Assembly (NCBI GenBank): GCA_964016885.1
Contig: OZ024746.1
Span: 59,830,001-59,894,000, forward strand
Length of the DNA stretch: 64,000 nucleotides
Direction of reading: 5' to 3'
DNA from: Eledone cirrhosa
Taxonomy: Eukaryota
The position numbers and the translations under genes were made by a program. Shown in pieces: positions 37,501-56,746 of the stretch; position 1 is the stretch's first letter, and each line of letters begins with the position of its first letter. The notes beneath the pieces are model-generated. The model searched no databases, was not told the origin of the DNA, and saw only the letters and a list, made by a program, of their open reading frames with translations.

Positions 37501-39320
37501 ATGACCTTACTCAGAATAGGCAGCATAAATGCGCGTGGCCTGGGATCGTCATGGAAGCAGGGCCACCCGCTCAACGACCTCAGGTCACTAAACATAGATG
37601 TGGTGGCCATCAGCGAGACCAGAATCTCCGAAGAACGAGCCTTCGCACCGATCTTCGGCGGCTCCGATGTATACGCATCTCCCAGCCGTCTAGAATCGGG
37701 GGGAGGAGTTGCTATGCTTTTTCGGAGAGGCTTGGATCTCGCCATACGCGCCATCTTCCTGGGCCCAGAAGGTAAGTTGGAGGTGTTGGACGTAACCAGC
37801 GGAGACGAGCAAGCTTTCAGGCTGGTGGGCGTCTATGACCCGACAGAAGTAGGGCGGCCTGATTTCTTCCGGCGTCTGGAGACCTTTCTTGGAACGTCTC
37901 GCTCTTTAGTGTTAGTGCGCGACTAGAACGGGATCTTAGATGCACGCTAGGACTGTGTGGGATTAGCGGATAGGGGAGGAGGGTGTAAAAGCCTCGCAAA
38001 CTTGCTCAGACGAGTTCAACTGTCTAACAGGTACCGTCTGGATTTCCCGAATGTGCCAATGTGGACATGGACAAACCGCATCGGGTCATCCAGATAATAT
38101 CTAGATAGGGTATTTTGTAGGGAAATAGATAGGTCTAGCATAGGCTATCCACAATTCAAAATAGTCGACTACACGTAAGGTTGACTTAGATAGGCTTCAT
38201 AGACAGGGACCTGGCTACTGGAAGCTAAACGCGTCGTTAACAGTGCGCAAGGCCTACAGAGACCGGGTTAGCAAACTAGTTAAGCAAGCGTTGACGGGGG
38301 CCATCGTCAACAACAAATGTTGGTTTGTTCTGAAAAGAGCGATTAGAATAGAGTCCGTTGGGTTTAGTAAGGCGTTGGAAATAGGGAAAAATACAGTAGA
38401 GGGAGAACTAGTTAGAAAATTAGACGAGGCGCTTAGTAAAGGCATCGCGACCGACGTGCTTGCGGCGAAATTGGCCCTCGACAAATTCTTCAATGCAAAG
38501 CACGAAGGCTGCGTTGTCAGAGCTAGGGAGCGTGCTCTCAGACACGAGGGGACGAAAGCCGTTCAATGGGCCCGAGTGGCGGAGGCGCGTCGTGGCAACA
38601 AAGCCACGATCCGGTCTTTGGTGAACCACGACGGGTGCATGCTACTCTATCCCGGGAAAATGAGAGAAGCTTTTCAGCGACACTTCGCCCAGCTGTTCGG
38701 GGGCAGCGGCGGGCCGTATCGCGGAATGGACTTTAGTGCCTACCTCGACGGACTGCCGCGGCTCTCGGCCACTGAGGCGGAGTGTTGCGAAAAGCCGATA
38801 ACAGCCACTGAAGTACGGGAGGCAATGACTAGCTACACAAGGGGTAAATCGCCTGGTTTGGATGGTCTGCCCTACGAACATTACGTACAAATGCCAGACT
38901 TGTTCGAAGACCTCTTGGCGGACGTCTACTGCAACTGGCAACAGAATGGGAGATTTCCCAGCTCTGTGAGCCGAAGATCGGTGGCGCTGCTGAGAAAGGA
39001 TCCGAACAAGGGGATAACATAAATAATTGCAGACCCATAACTCTGCTAAACACAGAGTTCAAGATTTTGGCCAAGGTGCTAGCAAAAAGGTTTGCGCTTG
39101 TCGCTGGTGGTCTGGTGGGAGAGGCGCAGACATGCACCATCCCAAACAGATCCATCCACGACAACCTCCACCTCATGCGATACATCGTGGAGATGGTAGC
39201 TAGGAAACCTGGCACGGGTGGGTCGTTGATCAATTTAGATCAGTCGAAAGCTTTCGATAGGGTTGACCATCGTTATCTGGCGACAGACCTGAGGGCGGCT
39301 GGCTTTGGTCCCATATTTAT
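37501..39320 (+). pseudogene. L1/Tx1-type ORF2 (APE endonuclease + start of RT), 3'-truncated, with stops and frameshifts
   Basis: IGSINARGL, DVVAISET, GGGVAML, KSPGLDGLPYE, RPITLLN, LDQSKAFDRV; same family as 24913-27077. Confidence 0.88.
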
Positions 39321-39679
39321 TAAAATAACAGATTAAAGTTTAAGCAAAGAATCGCTGCTTAGCGGGATCTTCTGAAACTAACAAAGTCAATCTGTGAACG
39401 CAGAAGTGAATATTTCAAAAAACGTTGCAACCGGAGGAAGACAGGAAGACGATACTTTGATTCGTGGAAACGTTCCCTGGCAAAGAAAGGGAAAAAACGA
39501 ATATAATACATCATTATTTGGAGCGGTGAAAAACAATTACACGCAAAGACAAAACCACGTTTATGGTATAAAAGAAGTCGTAGAATAATGTTCTAATAAA
39601 TATTTGCTCTACGGTTCTTATATATTTGATATATATTTATCCTTATCGAGCCCTCTTTGGATTTAGTCTACAAATTTAT

Positions 39680-39738
<59 letters not shown>

Positions 39739-39882
39739 CTAATGTGTGAGATGACAAACTCCAAGTAAAGACTGATGCACACTCAGCTTTATTTATATGT
39801 AATTCTAACCGTACCGTAGTTTTTCTTTTTTTGCTTTGCAATTCGCATTAGTATGAACCCATGGTCCCATATATATACATAT

Positions 39883-39924
<42 letters not shown>

Positions 39925-39926
39925 GT

Positions 39927-39976
<50 letters not shown>

Positions 39977-40174
39977 GACAGGGAAATAGAGAGTTCTATT
40001 AGGGAGGGGAATTGAACAAACGCACACATACACCCAATTTTCTTTATCCACAATAAGCTATTGTACACCACAAGAGTTATCTATGTAAAGATGTAAAGAT
40101 AGTTATAAAGATATATCTAAGTTTTCTGGTTTAAGAACTTTCCAGAACACATATACATGTATATATATATATAT

Positions 40175-40220
<46 letters not shown>

Positions 40221-40232
40221 ACACATATATAT

Positions 40233-40305
<73 letters not shown>

Positions 40306-40497
40306 TATATGTATATGTATATATATATGTGTGTCTATATATATACTGTATACATATACATATATATACATATGTATATATATATATATGTATACATATA
40401 CATATATATATGTGTGTGTGTGAGTGTATATGTGTTTATGTATATATATATATATATATATACGTATGTATATATGTACTTATGTATATATATATGT

Positions 40498-40539
<42 letters not shown>

Positions 40540-40647
40540 CATCTGTATGTGCATGTGTAGGTGTGTGGTATTCTAGCATCAGTTCATTAGAGAAAGTGAT
40601 ATTTTTAGAGAACCTAAAGTAATGCCTTTATATATATATATATATAA

Positions 40648-40680
<33 letters not shown>

Positions 40681-40684
40681 CATA

Positions 40685-40776
<92 letters not shown>

Positions 40777-41058
40777 TTCCTTTTTCCTTTTTATTTTTGT
40801 TTTATGGGGCAACGTGTGTAAAAATAGAAACACGTCTTTCATAAACCTTAGAAAAATCCCGAGGCAGAATAGAATGATACAAATATTTTGTTTAATGAAC
40901 CAGTTTCTAGAACGTTCCAAACTATAGCCATAGAAAACAAATAAGAAATGCCAACTTTCTCAGGATTTTTGACGTTTTTGTTGTTAGCATTATTATTATC
41001 GTTGTTGTTATCATTACTACTATTATTTTCATTATTACTATTATTATTACTATTATTA

Positions 41059-41090
<32 letters not shown>

Positions 41091-41361
41091 GTTGTTGTTG
41101 TTGTTGTTGTTGTCTTTTCGTTATTGTTGTTATTAATATTATCATTGTAATTGTCTTCTTTATTAGTATTTTTATTGTTTTCATTATCTTTTTTTTTTAG
41201 TTTTTGTTGTTATTGTTGTTATTGTTGTTATTGTTGTTATTGTTGTCGTTTTGTTTGTATTGTATTGTCATTATTTGTTTCAGGCTTAGCGAAGCAACAA
41301 CGGAAGCAACAGAGAATGAACAACTGAAAATATATATTATCTCCAGCAACAACTGTGACTA

Positions 41362-41806
41362 CACTATACTATACTATAATATACTATAATATACTATACT
41401 ATAATATACTATACTATAATATATTATAATATACTATACTATAATATACTATAATATACTATACTATAATATACTATACTATACTATAATATATTATAAT
41501 ATACTATACTATAATACACTATACGTAATATAATATAATATAATAATATAATATAATATAATATAATATAGTATAATATAATATAATATAATATAATATA
41601 ATATAATATAATATACTATACTATACCATACTATACTATAATATACTATATTATAATATACTATACTTTAATATACTATGATATACTATATTATAATATA
41701 TTAGAAGATAATATACTATAATATACTATAATATAATATACTATACTATATTATACTATTCTATAATACAATAAACTATAATATAATATAATATAATATA
41801 ATATAT
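41362..41806. repeat. (ATACT/ATAAT)n pentamer satellite
   Basis: Directly visible. Confidence 0.9.
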
Positions 41807-41986
41807 CAACAAACAAAACAACACAAACCATATAACATGGCGTACCATAGAACCGCACCACCACCACAACTTCAAAAACATAAACATTATCAAGAGGAAT
41901 AACAGTAACAACAATAATAATAATAACAGTATGAAATATAATACTGCAAACTAGATAAGAAATATTGTTATTTGATGATGATGATG

Positions 41987-42017
<31 letters not shown>

Positions 42018-42573
42018 TAATAATAATAATAATAATGATAATGATGATAATAAAAGAAATAAAAAATAGTATGTTGATCAAAGACAAGACAAATATAAAA
42101 CAATAAAATTCAAAACTGGAAGGAATGTAATAATGAAGTGAGATAAACATGACGATAATTAAAAACAGGAGATAATGTGGGATGTGAGAGAATGAAAGGG
42201 AAAGAGAGAGACTGGGCGATAAGATGGAGAGTGAGTGAGAGAGGTGAATAAATAAGAAGTAATAGTGGGGAGGAAGTAAGGTAACAAAAAATATCAGATT
42301 AATCATACGTAGAATGCAAAAGAAATTAATCTGTCTTTCCTTTAGATAAATTACATACTATATATAATGATATCAGAGAAAGAAGGAAATATAATGAAAA
42401 GCATTTCTCTGAAAAATATCGTTTAAGGATACAAAAAGGTTTTCCATTCATTTTTTTTTTTTTAACATTTGTCTTTCTTTTTCTTTGTTTTTAATAATTT
42501 TGTTGGTTTTGTTTTTCACTTTTCGCTTTATTTGTTTTCTCTTCGTTACTTTTTTATCTCTTTATTTTATATA

Positions 42574-42604
<31 letters not shown>

Positions 42605-43248
42605 GTTTATTCTCGTGATTCACCCATTTTTCGTCTCAACGTGATTTTATCTCATGAAGTCGGAGAGAAGAAAAAAAAAGATATATAAGATAGGATAGGA
42701 ATATCAAAGAAGTTTGCCGACCTTAGTATTATTTTCTCATCAAAAATCTCACAAATAAGTACATTGTCGAAGATTGATATATTTTTATTTATTTATATGT
42801 TGATGCTGATATAATATTGTCGTTTGCTCAAATATTGTTTTGTATGTTTTATTATTATTATCAGATGTTGATATTCATTTATAAAAATGATATATCTAGC
42901 TGTTCTTCAACTTTGATCTGACGTACAACTACGTACAGCCGCGTACAGCGACGTAAAACGTATCAGAGTGTAATAATAGTAAAAATAAAAGTTTCTTCGT
43001 TTAGTATTCATTCATTATTGTTTCTGTTGAGAGCCATTACGAACTAAATAAATACAGGCAAGCATTGCCATGGTTGTGTGGTTGTATGGTTAAGGGGTTG
43101 CTTTTGAACCACGTAGTTTGGGGTTTCAGTTTCACTTACTGCTTGGAACCTTTGGTAGGTGTTTTCTCATATAGCTATATGATAGAAGACACTTTCTCAA
43201 GTTGCCACTCAATGACAAATTAAACCATATATATGTGTGTGTGTGTGT

Positions 43249-43418
43249 CAGACCTGCCAACCTCTAAAAACCCAAACGAGGAGTACCATGAAAAAAATGC
43301 CTCAAAATGAGGAGAAATGAGGAAAAATGGGGAGATTTTACACAAGAGAAGACATCTCTCATCCACTCCAAAGTGGGTGGGATATCTCTCTGTCGGAATG
43401 GGAGAGTTGACAGGTTTG
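43249..43418. mobile_element. hAT-like MITE (related partial copy at ~340-445)
   Basis: Imperfect TIRs cagacctgccaac ... gttgacaggtttg; internal cacaagagaagacatc...ggtgggagatctc is shared with 383-430. Confidence 0.5.
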
Positions 43419-43595
43419 ATGTGTGTGCGTGCACACGTGTATGTTTACAACCTAGTTAACTTCAATCATCGTCAGATCTAATCTCCTTGTCATCTCTCTC
43501 GATTGTGTAATCCTCAACTTTAATTTCATCATCAACTTTGATGTCGCCATTAACTTAGATTTATTATTTATCAATGGTACTATTCATCGCCTATC

Positions 43596-44115
43596 ATGGT
43601 CAACCAGAGTAACAGAGTTTCAAATGAAATTAGAAGAGTAATTATGTCAAATCATGATGGTCGTATTGTAACTGAAATTGCCTCCACATTTGATATCCCT
43701 CAAACGAGTGTTCAAACAAATATACAAATATACAAATATATAAATATACAAATATACAAATATACAAATAGAAATTTGTGTCCAACCAACAAACAAATTG
43801 ATAAGGTTTTCGAAAGAGTAAAATTTCAGAAGAAATGAAAAGCTTTATACATCCCTCTGCAGACGATAAATACCATATTTCTTTTTAAAATGTTGTTCAA
43901 CATGGTTTTTGAACATTTTAATGCGAGGGTACGAAAAACAAGCGTTGATAAATGCCTTAAAAGCCTCCATTACACATTCAAGAGGTGTCAAATTATTTCG
44001 GAAAGAAGTTTAACTTCGGAGAACATTACACGAAGAATAAATTATGCCATAGAATTTCAAGATCTTTTGGCAGAAACGTATAGGGAGAAATTTTGTTTAT
44101 TGAGGAAATTTGAAT
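43596..44115 (+). pseudogene. Tc1/mariner-IS630-like transposase remnant
   Basis: HTH-like IVTEIASTFDIPQTSVQTNI followed by TSVDKCLKSLHYTFKR...ENITRRINYAIEF, the typical lead-in to the first catalytic Asp. Confidence 0.5.
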
Positions 44116-44149
44116 TAAAGATTCTGGGGCATAGTTTTGATGTGGATTT

Positions 44150-44540
44150 TAACTAAAAGCAACAAAGCTCCACCAGGTCACATTTTTAAATTGTAAATGA
44201 TCTGTTCTTGCTCTCTGTTCACATAGACTTTGAGTTGTTAGAGCTTTAGTTTCTTCACTCCGCCTTTCAGCTTTCAGCTGCTCTATTTCTCTCCTTTTGG
44301 TATATTGATGATTTTCGTACATGTGATTCCTCTTGACAAATAGTTGCTTTCCTTTGCCTATCATCATCAAGGATTTTCATTCTTTGTTCTTGATACATTT
44401 TGCCTATATTTCGCTGTTGGTTTTCTTTGTTTTGGGAGCCTTTCTTGTTGCAGCTCTTCACTTTCATTTTCCCTTTGGAGCTGCTTTGCCATAACTTTAT
44501 GAGACTTTCTTCGAAATGAAGGTCTGTTCTTTGGTAGCAT
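44150..44540 (-). pseudogene. possible Helitron-like charged N-terminal ORF remnant
   Basis: Frameshifted MLPKNR...RENESEELQQERL..QR and EQRMKILDDDRQRKA repeats; no catalytic motif seen. Confidence 0.25.
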
Positions 44541-44875
44541 TTTTTTTTTTTTTTTTTTTTTTTTGCAGCTTCCAAAGTCAGTATTATAAGTCGAGTCAAA
44601 TTTTATTGAATAAAGACTTACTTCATTACTTTTATTTTTCGGAAACAACAACCAAATGTTAAGGGTTGAGTCAAATTTTCGTTGAATGAGAACTCATTAC
44701 CTTAACTTTCAGTTATCTTTCGGAAATAACAACAAAAAACTAACGGGAATGAATATGAAAAAGAATATTACAGGTATCGCAAATGTTATTTTCAGTAGTA
44801 TTTCCATAAATCAAAACGTGTGTCGCTCACTTTCTTCGCTTTCTTTATGTCTGATTTTTTTTGTGGTAGTTATGA

Positions 44876-49037
<4,162 letters not shown>

Positions 49038-49600
49038 GTGTGTGTGTGTGTCTGTATGTATATATCCATATATACATTTATATATACACACATATATGCC
49101 AGGATTTGCCACCGGTAGATTGTAACAGCAAAAGACAGCAAAGACCAATGGAAACATTGTCTCCTTGGTCAGATTAGACGAGTTCCACCCCACTCGGTCA
49201 GCGAATGAGGTCTGGGATCTAGTCGTTCGATAATATATGTGTGTGTGTGTGTGTGTGTGTGCGTGCGTGTGCGGGGGGGGGGGCGCGCGTGTGTGTATGA
49301 ATCCTACACAGTGTTGTTAAATTTCCTCGTTTACTTCCTCCCTGTTTAGCTTTTTCGGTTAATGACCATGTAGGGATTTTTCTTGTCGTAGTTTTATCAC
49401 TGCATTCTGTAGCCTTGTTTGGGGTATTTATTTTATCATTTTCACCATTTCTGTTGCTGTTTCTCCTTTTGCTTCATAACTATTATTTCAGCCACTGTTT
49501 TACATTGGTTGCCTGTTCACAACAACAATAAGCGGGAAATAGGTTGCAAGTAATTGCCACTCATTGTTGTAAGCATAATAAATATTTACATATATGAATA

Positions 49601-49759
49601 CAGGTAAAATTCTGTTATAAAGAATACCATTATAACGAAGTTTTTTCAATTTCCGGCCACACGCACGATGTGTTAGGTCGATCTCGTTATAAAGATAAAT
49701 AATTTTTCGTTACAACGAATTTCTTTTTATACCCCTTGAATTTAGTTGTAACGAAATTT

Positions 49760-49762
<3 letters not shown>
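49601..49762 (+). mobile_element. pogo/Tigger-like MITE (inverted relative at ~60960-61126)
   Basis: TA|caggtaaaattc terminus and repeated cgttataacga-like subterminal motifs in both copies. Confidence 0.55.
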
Positions 49763-49800
<38 letters not shown>

Positions 49801-49920
49801 AAAAGGTATGACCCCGACGGCAGAGCTCAAGCCGTTTCGACGGCTATTTATGGTATTGAGTACTCTGGTGCGTTATGATCTATCTGGTTCCTTACCACAA
49901 TTCCTTCGTTATATATATAT

Positions 49921-50039
49921 AATATCCACTTTATAAATAAATGTTTTGATATTATACTGAAAGAATCTCTTCAACATTTTCTACTGAAAAATGTTTTTCC
50001 TCTCTACTATTTGTTTATATATATATATATATATATATG

Positions 50040-50092
<53 letters not shown>

Positions 50093-50510
50093 AAATAGTA
50101 GAGAGGAAAAACAATTTTCAGTAGAAAATGTTGAAGAGATTCTTTCAGTATAATATCAAAACATTTATTTATAAAGTGGATATTTCCGCATTTAATAATG
50201 GTACCGGTTTCAGCATTATATGCTTTTTCAACTGCGGATATGCATAATGTAGTTATGTTGCATATTTATACGATTAATAAAACTACTACTTCTGTCAGTC
50301 AACCAACAGAGAACAAAGGACAAACGCGGACAGTGATATAAACTCTCCTCTCTAAATACTAGTAAAAAGCATATAATGCATATAATGCTGAAACCGGTAC
50401 CATTATTAAATGCGGAAATATCCACTTTATAAATAAATGTTTTGATATTATACTGAAAGAATCTCTTCTACTGAAAAAATCTTTTTCCTCTCTACTACTT
50501 GTTTTTATAT
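49921..50510. mobile_element. multiply inverted cassette (three alternating copies of one ~105-bp segment)
   Basis: 49921-50027 forward, 50087-50184 reversed, 50418-50507 forward again. Confidence 0.7.
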
Positions 50511-50540
50511 ATATCAATTCGTGTGTTACTTTTCTACATT

Positions 50541-50615
<75 letters not shown>

Positions 50616-50990
50616 CAGAAGTGCGCCCCAATGTGAATTTGTCTATAGGCACTTAGCTTGAATTTTTTCCTGCCTTTGTTACACTAAATATAGTTTTTAA
50701 AGAATTCCTTTTTCTTTAAATCCATCAACCAATGACCTCCACCCATCCCAATCACCACCCTCTCCTACCACCAGAAAATGTATAAATATCACCATATTAC
50801 TTGGACAGTCGGCTTTCTAATGATTTCTCCCGAATGAAACAGTCCTATTCCTGTAGAAGCCATTTCCATATTAAATATATATATATCATATATACATATA
50901 TATAAACTCATTGTTTATATATATATTTCTATATTATATATATAAATATATATATTTCTATATTATATATATAAATATATATATATATAA

Positions 50991-51100
<110 letters not shown>

Positions 51101-51212
51101 TATATATATATATTTATATATATATATATTTATATATCATAAATCATGTCTTTAGAATCATCAGGTAATAAAATATATACTATTTCTTCTTCTAATTAGC
51201 ATAATTATGTGT

Positions 51213-51318
<106 letters not shown>

Positions 51319-51803
51319 ACACATACACACATATGACTAGCTTCCACACATTCCATCTATTAAATTTCACTTATGAGGCATTGGTCAACCCGAAATTAAA
51401 GTAGCCGGATACTTGCCTAGGGGGCCGTAGAGTGAGACTGTATACAGTACAATATGGTTGTGAAATAAACACTCTGTAACTACACAGCCGTGCCTACAAC
51501 AATGTTTAGTAAGAATAGGTTTGTATTTGAAGAAAAGATGGTCTAATTTGTTTAGCTCTTTTTTTTATTTTATTTTTTCCTTTATTTTTCGGGAGAGCGG
51601 GGCTGCAATTTCCAAATTGTAGCGTGTGTGATGTTGGGTGTTGCTTATTTATTTAGTTCTAACTTAAAATAACTTTGACCTAACTTTCTTTTATAGCATA
51701 AAACCAATGAATCTACCAGTCTAATACTTCACAGATCTGTAATTTGAGCTGGTTGACTGACATATGTAAATTATATATGTAGTTTGTGTATGTATATAAA
51801 GTT

Positions 51804-51852
<49 letters not shown>

Positions 51853-51937
51853 ATATGTATTTATATATATTTATATCATATATGTATATATATATATATA
51901 TCATATATACATATATATTTATATATTTATATATATA

Positions 51938-52031
<94 letters not shown>

Positions 52032-52233
52032 CATATATATTTATATATATGCGATATATATATGTGTGTATATATATACATATATATTTATATATATGCG
52101 ATATATATATATTTATATATTTATATATATACCATGTATATATATATATATACATATGTATTTATATACCATATATATATACCATGTATATATATATATA
52201 TATACATATATATTTATATACCATATATATATA

Positions 52234-52343
<110 letters not shown>

Positions 52344-52472
52344 ATATGTGCATGTATAGAAAAAGGGGAAGAATAAGAGACATCCTTAATTTACAAGGAA
52401 AGAATAACACGAAAGACAAGACAAGGTAAATAAATATATCTAAGTTGACACACACACATATATATATATATA

Positions 52473-52525
<53 letters not shown>

Positions 52526-52693
52526 GCATGCACGTGCGTTTGTATTTTGTTATATATATATACACACACGAAAATAACATAAAAACTACTAGTACACAAA
52601 CCTTAACGAAAGTCACACAATGGAGAAATCCTCAAATTCAAACTATACATATATACATGTATGCATGTATGTATGTATGCATGTATATCTTTG

Positions 52694-52751
<58 letters not shown>

Positions 52752-52846
52752 ACATCACACAGTTGCATACTACAAAAAAAAACAACTCGTTCTTGACGAA
52801 GAAGTGCGCACAAGCAAATTAACGAAATATATATATATATATATAT

Positions 52847-52949
<103 letters not shown>

Positions 52950-52956
52950 ATATTTA

Positions 52957-53017
<61 letters not shown>

Positions 53018-53042
53018 ATATATATATATATATATATATATT

Positions 53043-53100
<58 letters not shown>

Positions 53101-54122
53101 ACAAGATACATTAAAAACACCAAAATGTAAAAAGAAAAAAATTGACAATTTTTAACCGTAATCACTTTTAATGAACACGACGACCACGTTGGAAGAAGAA
53201 GAAGAAGAAGAAGAAGAAGAAGAAGAAGAAGAAGAAGAAGAAGAAGAAGAAGAAGAAGAAGAAGAAGAAGAAGAAGAAGAAGAAGAAGAAGAAGAAGAAG
53301 AAGAAGAAGAAGAAGAAGAAATATCATCATTTATTTGAAAGATTGCCTTGAGCGATTTGTTGGAATTGACAGCAAAATTACCGAGTATTTCTTTTGAAAA
53401 TTGATTCCAATTCAAGTACGTGAATCAGAATGGTATGAAATAAAACAAACAATGGTGGAAGAAAGAAATAAAATAAATTGACGAAATAAAGAAATTGAAC
53501 TGAACTGAAATAGAAGACAACGCAAAGGAAATATATATTATCGATTCCATCTATTTGGATTTTGTTTTCGTTTTTGTTTTTTTGTGTGTGAGTGTGTGTA
53601 TGTTTTGTTGGAGGGGGGGGGGGGGGGCTGTTCTTCTATCTTATTTTACTAATTATTCCTAACTATTTTTATATATAGCGAAATAATGTGCATTCAACAA
53701 TATGATTGAATTGAATTCAACAAAATCAAACAAGGCCGAGCCGAAAAAACGAAGTGACTGCAAAAAAAAAACCACGGCAGCGGCCAGTTTATACAACAAA
53801 CAGTTTTATGGCGATCAACAAGTTACCATCTGAACAACTATTGTTCTTTAAGAAAGAATGAAATAACTGCTGTTGTTATATTATGATGGAGTGTAATTTA
53901 ACATGTCTTTTTACAGTTGCAGACGACAACTGGATGGATGGTTAGATGGAAGAATAGTTATATAATTATAACAGAAATGCTTGTATGTATGTATGTATCT
54001 ATCTATCTATGTGCGTTTTTATTGTATGTAAACTTCCTCCTTTGTATTTGTCCCCTTCTTTTGTGCCCCTGTGGCTAATAAAGAAACATATCTATGTGCA
54101 TATATATATGTGTGTGTGTGTG

Positions 54123-54258
54123 TAATTGTTTCTACTTTTGGCACAAGGCCAGCAATTACCAAGTACATTACTGGTACTTTATTTTATCGACCCCGTAAAA
54201 TAAAGTACCAGTAATGTACTGGTAATTGCTGGCCTTGTGCCAAAAGTAGAAACAACTA
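54123..54258. repeat. fold-back of a SINE tail fragment
   Basis: ~62-bp arms around a ~9-nt loop; the left arm matches the SINE end at 56156. Confidence 0.85.
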
Positions 54259-54312
54259 TATATATATATATAATATTAGGTATAAGTTGTAGCTACCTTA
54301 TAGCAGGTACTA

Positions 54313-55258
54313 ATCGAGGCTGGCCAGTTCGTCTTCCTCCATGTCTAGGGCTTCTCCGAGGGCGTCGTCGCATCTGCTGCGTACCAGCCCTCTATAGAAG
54401 AGGGTGGAGTCTCCACTGATAACCGGGTCCGCATGCCAGAGGGCCGTGAGCGCCTGGGCACACTCAGTGTTCCAGGCGCCCAGTTTTCTCGGTCTTTGCT
54501 TGACCCAGGATTGCAGCTCGGTGAGTGAGACGAGTCTGGGAAAGGTTCGTCTCACAAACGGGGCCCACACCGGTTGACCGGTGAGGAATACGTGGAGGTG
54601 TCGTAGCCTTAATGCGTGTTTACGCATCATTAGCCACGGCATCCCCAGCCCTCCTTTCGAAGGGTGTTGACAGCAGATGGATCTCCTCACCAAAGGAGCC
54701 CGCTTCTTCCAAAGGAATTGGAAGAGTGCGCGTTCCATCTTGGCGAGGGTTTCCCTTGGGCAAGGCGCGACGGTCAGGCGGTAGTAGATGACGGACGCTA
54801 TATAGGTGTTCGCCATCTCCGCCCGACCTTTCAGGGATAGTTTGCAACTGGTCCACTTCTGGGTCAGTGCAAACACCCTGTTCGTAACCTCACCCCAGTT
54901 CTTCTCCACCTGAAGGTCTGGTCCGAACCAGACCCCGAGCAACTTCACCGGGTCCTCCGTCCAGCGTCCGACGACGCCATCGGAGGGCATCGGTTTGCCC
55001 CTCCACGTGCCGAGTTGCAAACCGATCCACTTGTCCCGGTTCAGCTTAGCCCCTGTAAACCTTTCGTACTCCTCCAGTAAGGTGCTGATCGCCCCGATTT
55101 CGGAGGCCGTCGACACCATTACTGTCACGTCATCGGCGTAGGCCGACACCGCTTTCCGCAATCCCGGTTCCAAAGGGATGCCCTGCAACAACTCCAACTT
55201 CCGCAGTAGTGGTTCGAGAGTCAATACATACAGAAGGGAGGAGAGAGGGAACCCTTGA
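54313..55258 (-). mobile_element. internal fragment of the L1/Tx1-type LINE (RT YADD region)
   Basis: 304-aa ORF collinear with the 25899..27077 product. A 3'-tail piece of the family lies in the opposite orientation at ~54030-54087. Confidence 0.88.
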
Positions 55259-55864
55259 TAGGTAGGTAGGTAAGTAGGTAGGTAGGGAGGTAGGTAGGTA
55301 TGTAGGTAGGTAGGTAGGTAGGTAAGTAGGTAGGTAGGTAGGTAGGTAGGTAGGTAGGTAGGTAGGTAGGTAGGTAGAAGGTAGGTAGGTAGGTAGGTAG
55401 GTAGGTAGGTAGGTAGGTAGGTAGGTAGGTAGGTAGAAGGTAGGTAGGTAGGTAGGTAGGTAGGTAGGTAGGTAGGTAGGTAGGTAGGTAAGTAGGTAGG
55501 TAGGTAGGGAGGTAGGGAGGTAGGTAGATAGGTAGATAGGTAGGTAAGTAGGTAGGTAAGTAGGTAGGTAGGTAGGGAGGTAGGGAGGGAGGTAGGTAGG
55601 TAGGTAGGTAGGTAGGTAAGTAGGTAGGTAGGTAGGTAGGTAGGTAGGTAGGTAGGTAGGTAGGTAGGTAGGTAGGTAGGTAGGTAGGTAGGTAAGTAGG
55701 TAGGTAGGGAGGTAGGTAGGTAGGTAGGTAGGTAAGTAGGTAGGTAGGTAGGGAGGTAGGGAGGGAGGTAGGTAGGTAGGTAGGTAGGTAAGTAGGTAGG
55801 TAGGTAGGTAGGTAGGTAGGTAGGTAGGTAGGTAGGTAGGTAGGTAGGTAGGTAGGTAAGTAGG
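55258..55864. repeat. ~600-bp (TAGG)n array
   Basis: Directly visible; abuts the LINE truncation point. Confidence 0.95.
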
Positions 55865-56153
55865 TGTATGGCAAACGGTTATGTCACGAATCAACCAACT
55901 TTATTTCATTCACTCGTTCTGTCTCTCTTAAGTGAGAAACTTATGATGGATTTTGAGTCTTGGTCACAGCAAACAAAATTGAAAAAGTGTTACACGGGAG
56001 GATAGGAGAGATATGCAGAGAAAGACAGTTTAACTCGTAGGGGTTATTCTTGCGGATGGACATCACGGTCTTGACCGCTGTAAAGAGGGGATGATCGGGG
56101 ACCCAGGACACCAGAAATTGCCACTGTTGTAGTTTCGAAGATAAACCTATAAA

Positions 56154-56671
56154 ATAATTGTTTCTACTTTTGGCACAAGGCCAGCTATTACCTCAGTGTA
56201 TTACTGGTACTTTATTTTATCGACCCCGTAAGGATGAAAGGCAAAGTGAACCTCGGCATGATTTGAACTCAGACCGTAAAGGGACGTAACTATGCTGGAA
56301 AGCAGGGCGTCCGACTCTCGCGAGCAGACGACCATCAACTGCTGGTGTTGAGATCGGCTGATGATAACCAGCTGACGGGATTGGAATATGCCAAAAGTGA
56401 AAACTTTCCTATGCTGGAAGGCCGCACTGAAATTAATAAACATACAATGAAACTACATTTTGAAAAAATATTGTTTCGTTAAACCTCAGTCATATTCCGA
56501 AATATAATCAGAAGGCCGCAGTTTCTCCATCCTTGGGTTCAGCAGACGATAATCAGCCGTTGACACATGTCAGATCAGATCTCGTTGATGTGTCTTGTTC
56601 ACAGATGTAACTCCTTAGATGTATAAACAGCTGCAGTGATGTAAACCTTCAACTGATCCAATGTTATATTT

Positions 56672-56746
<75 letters not shown>

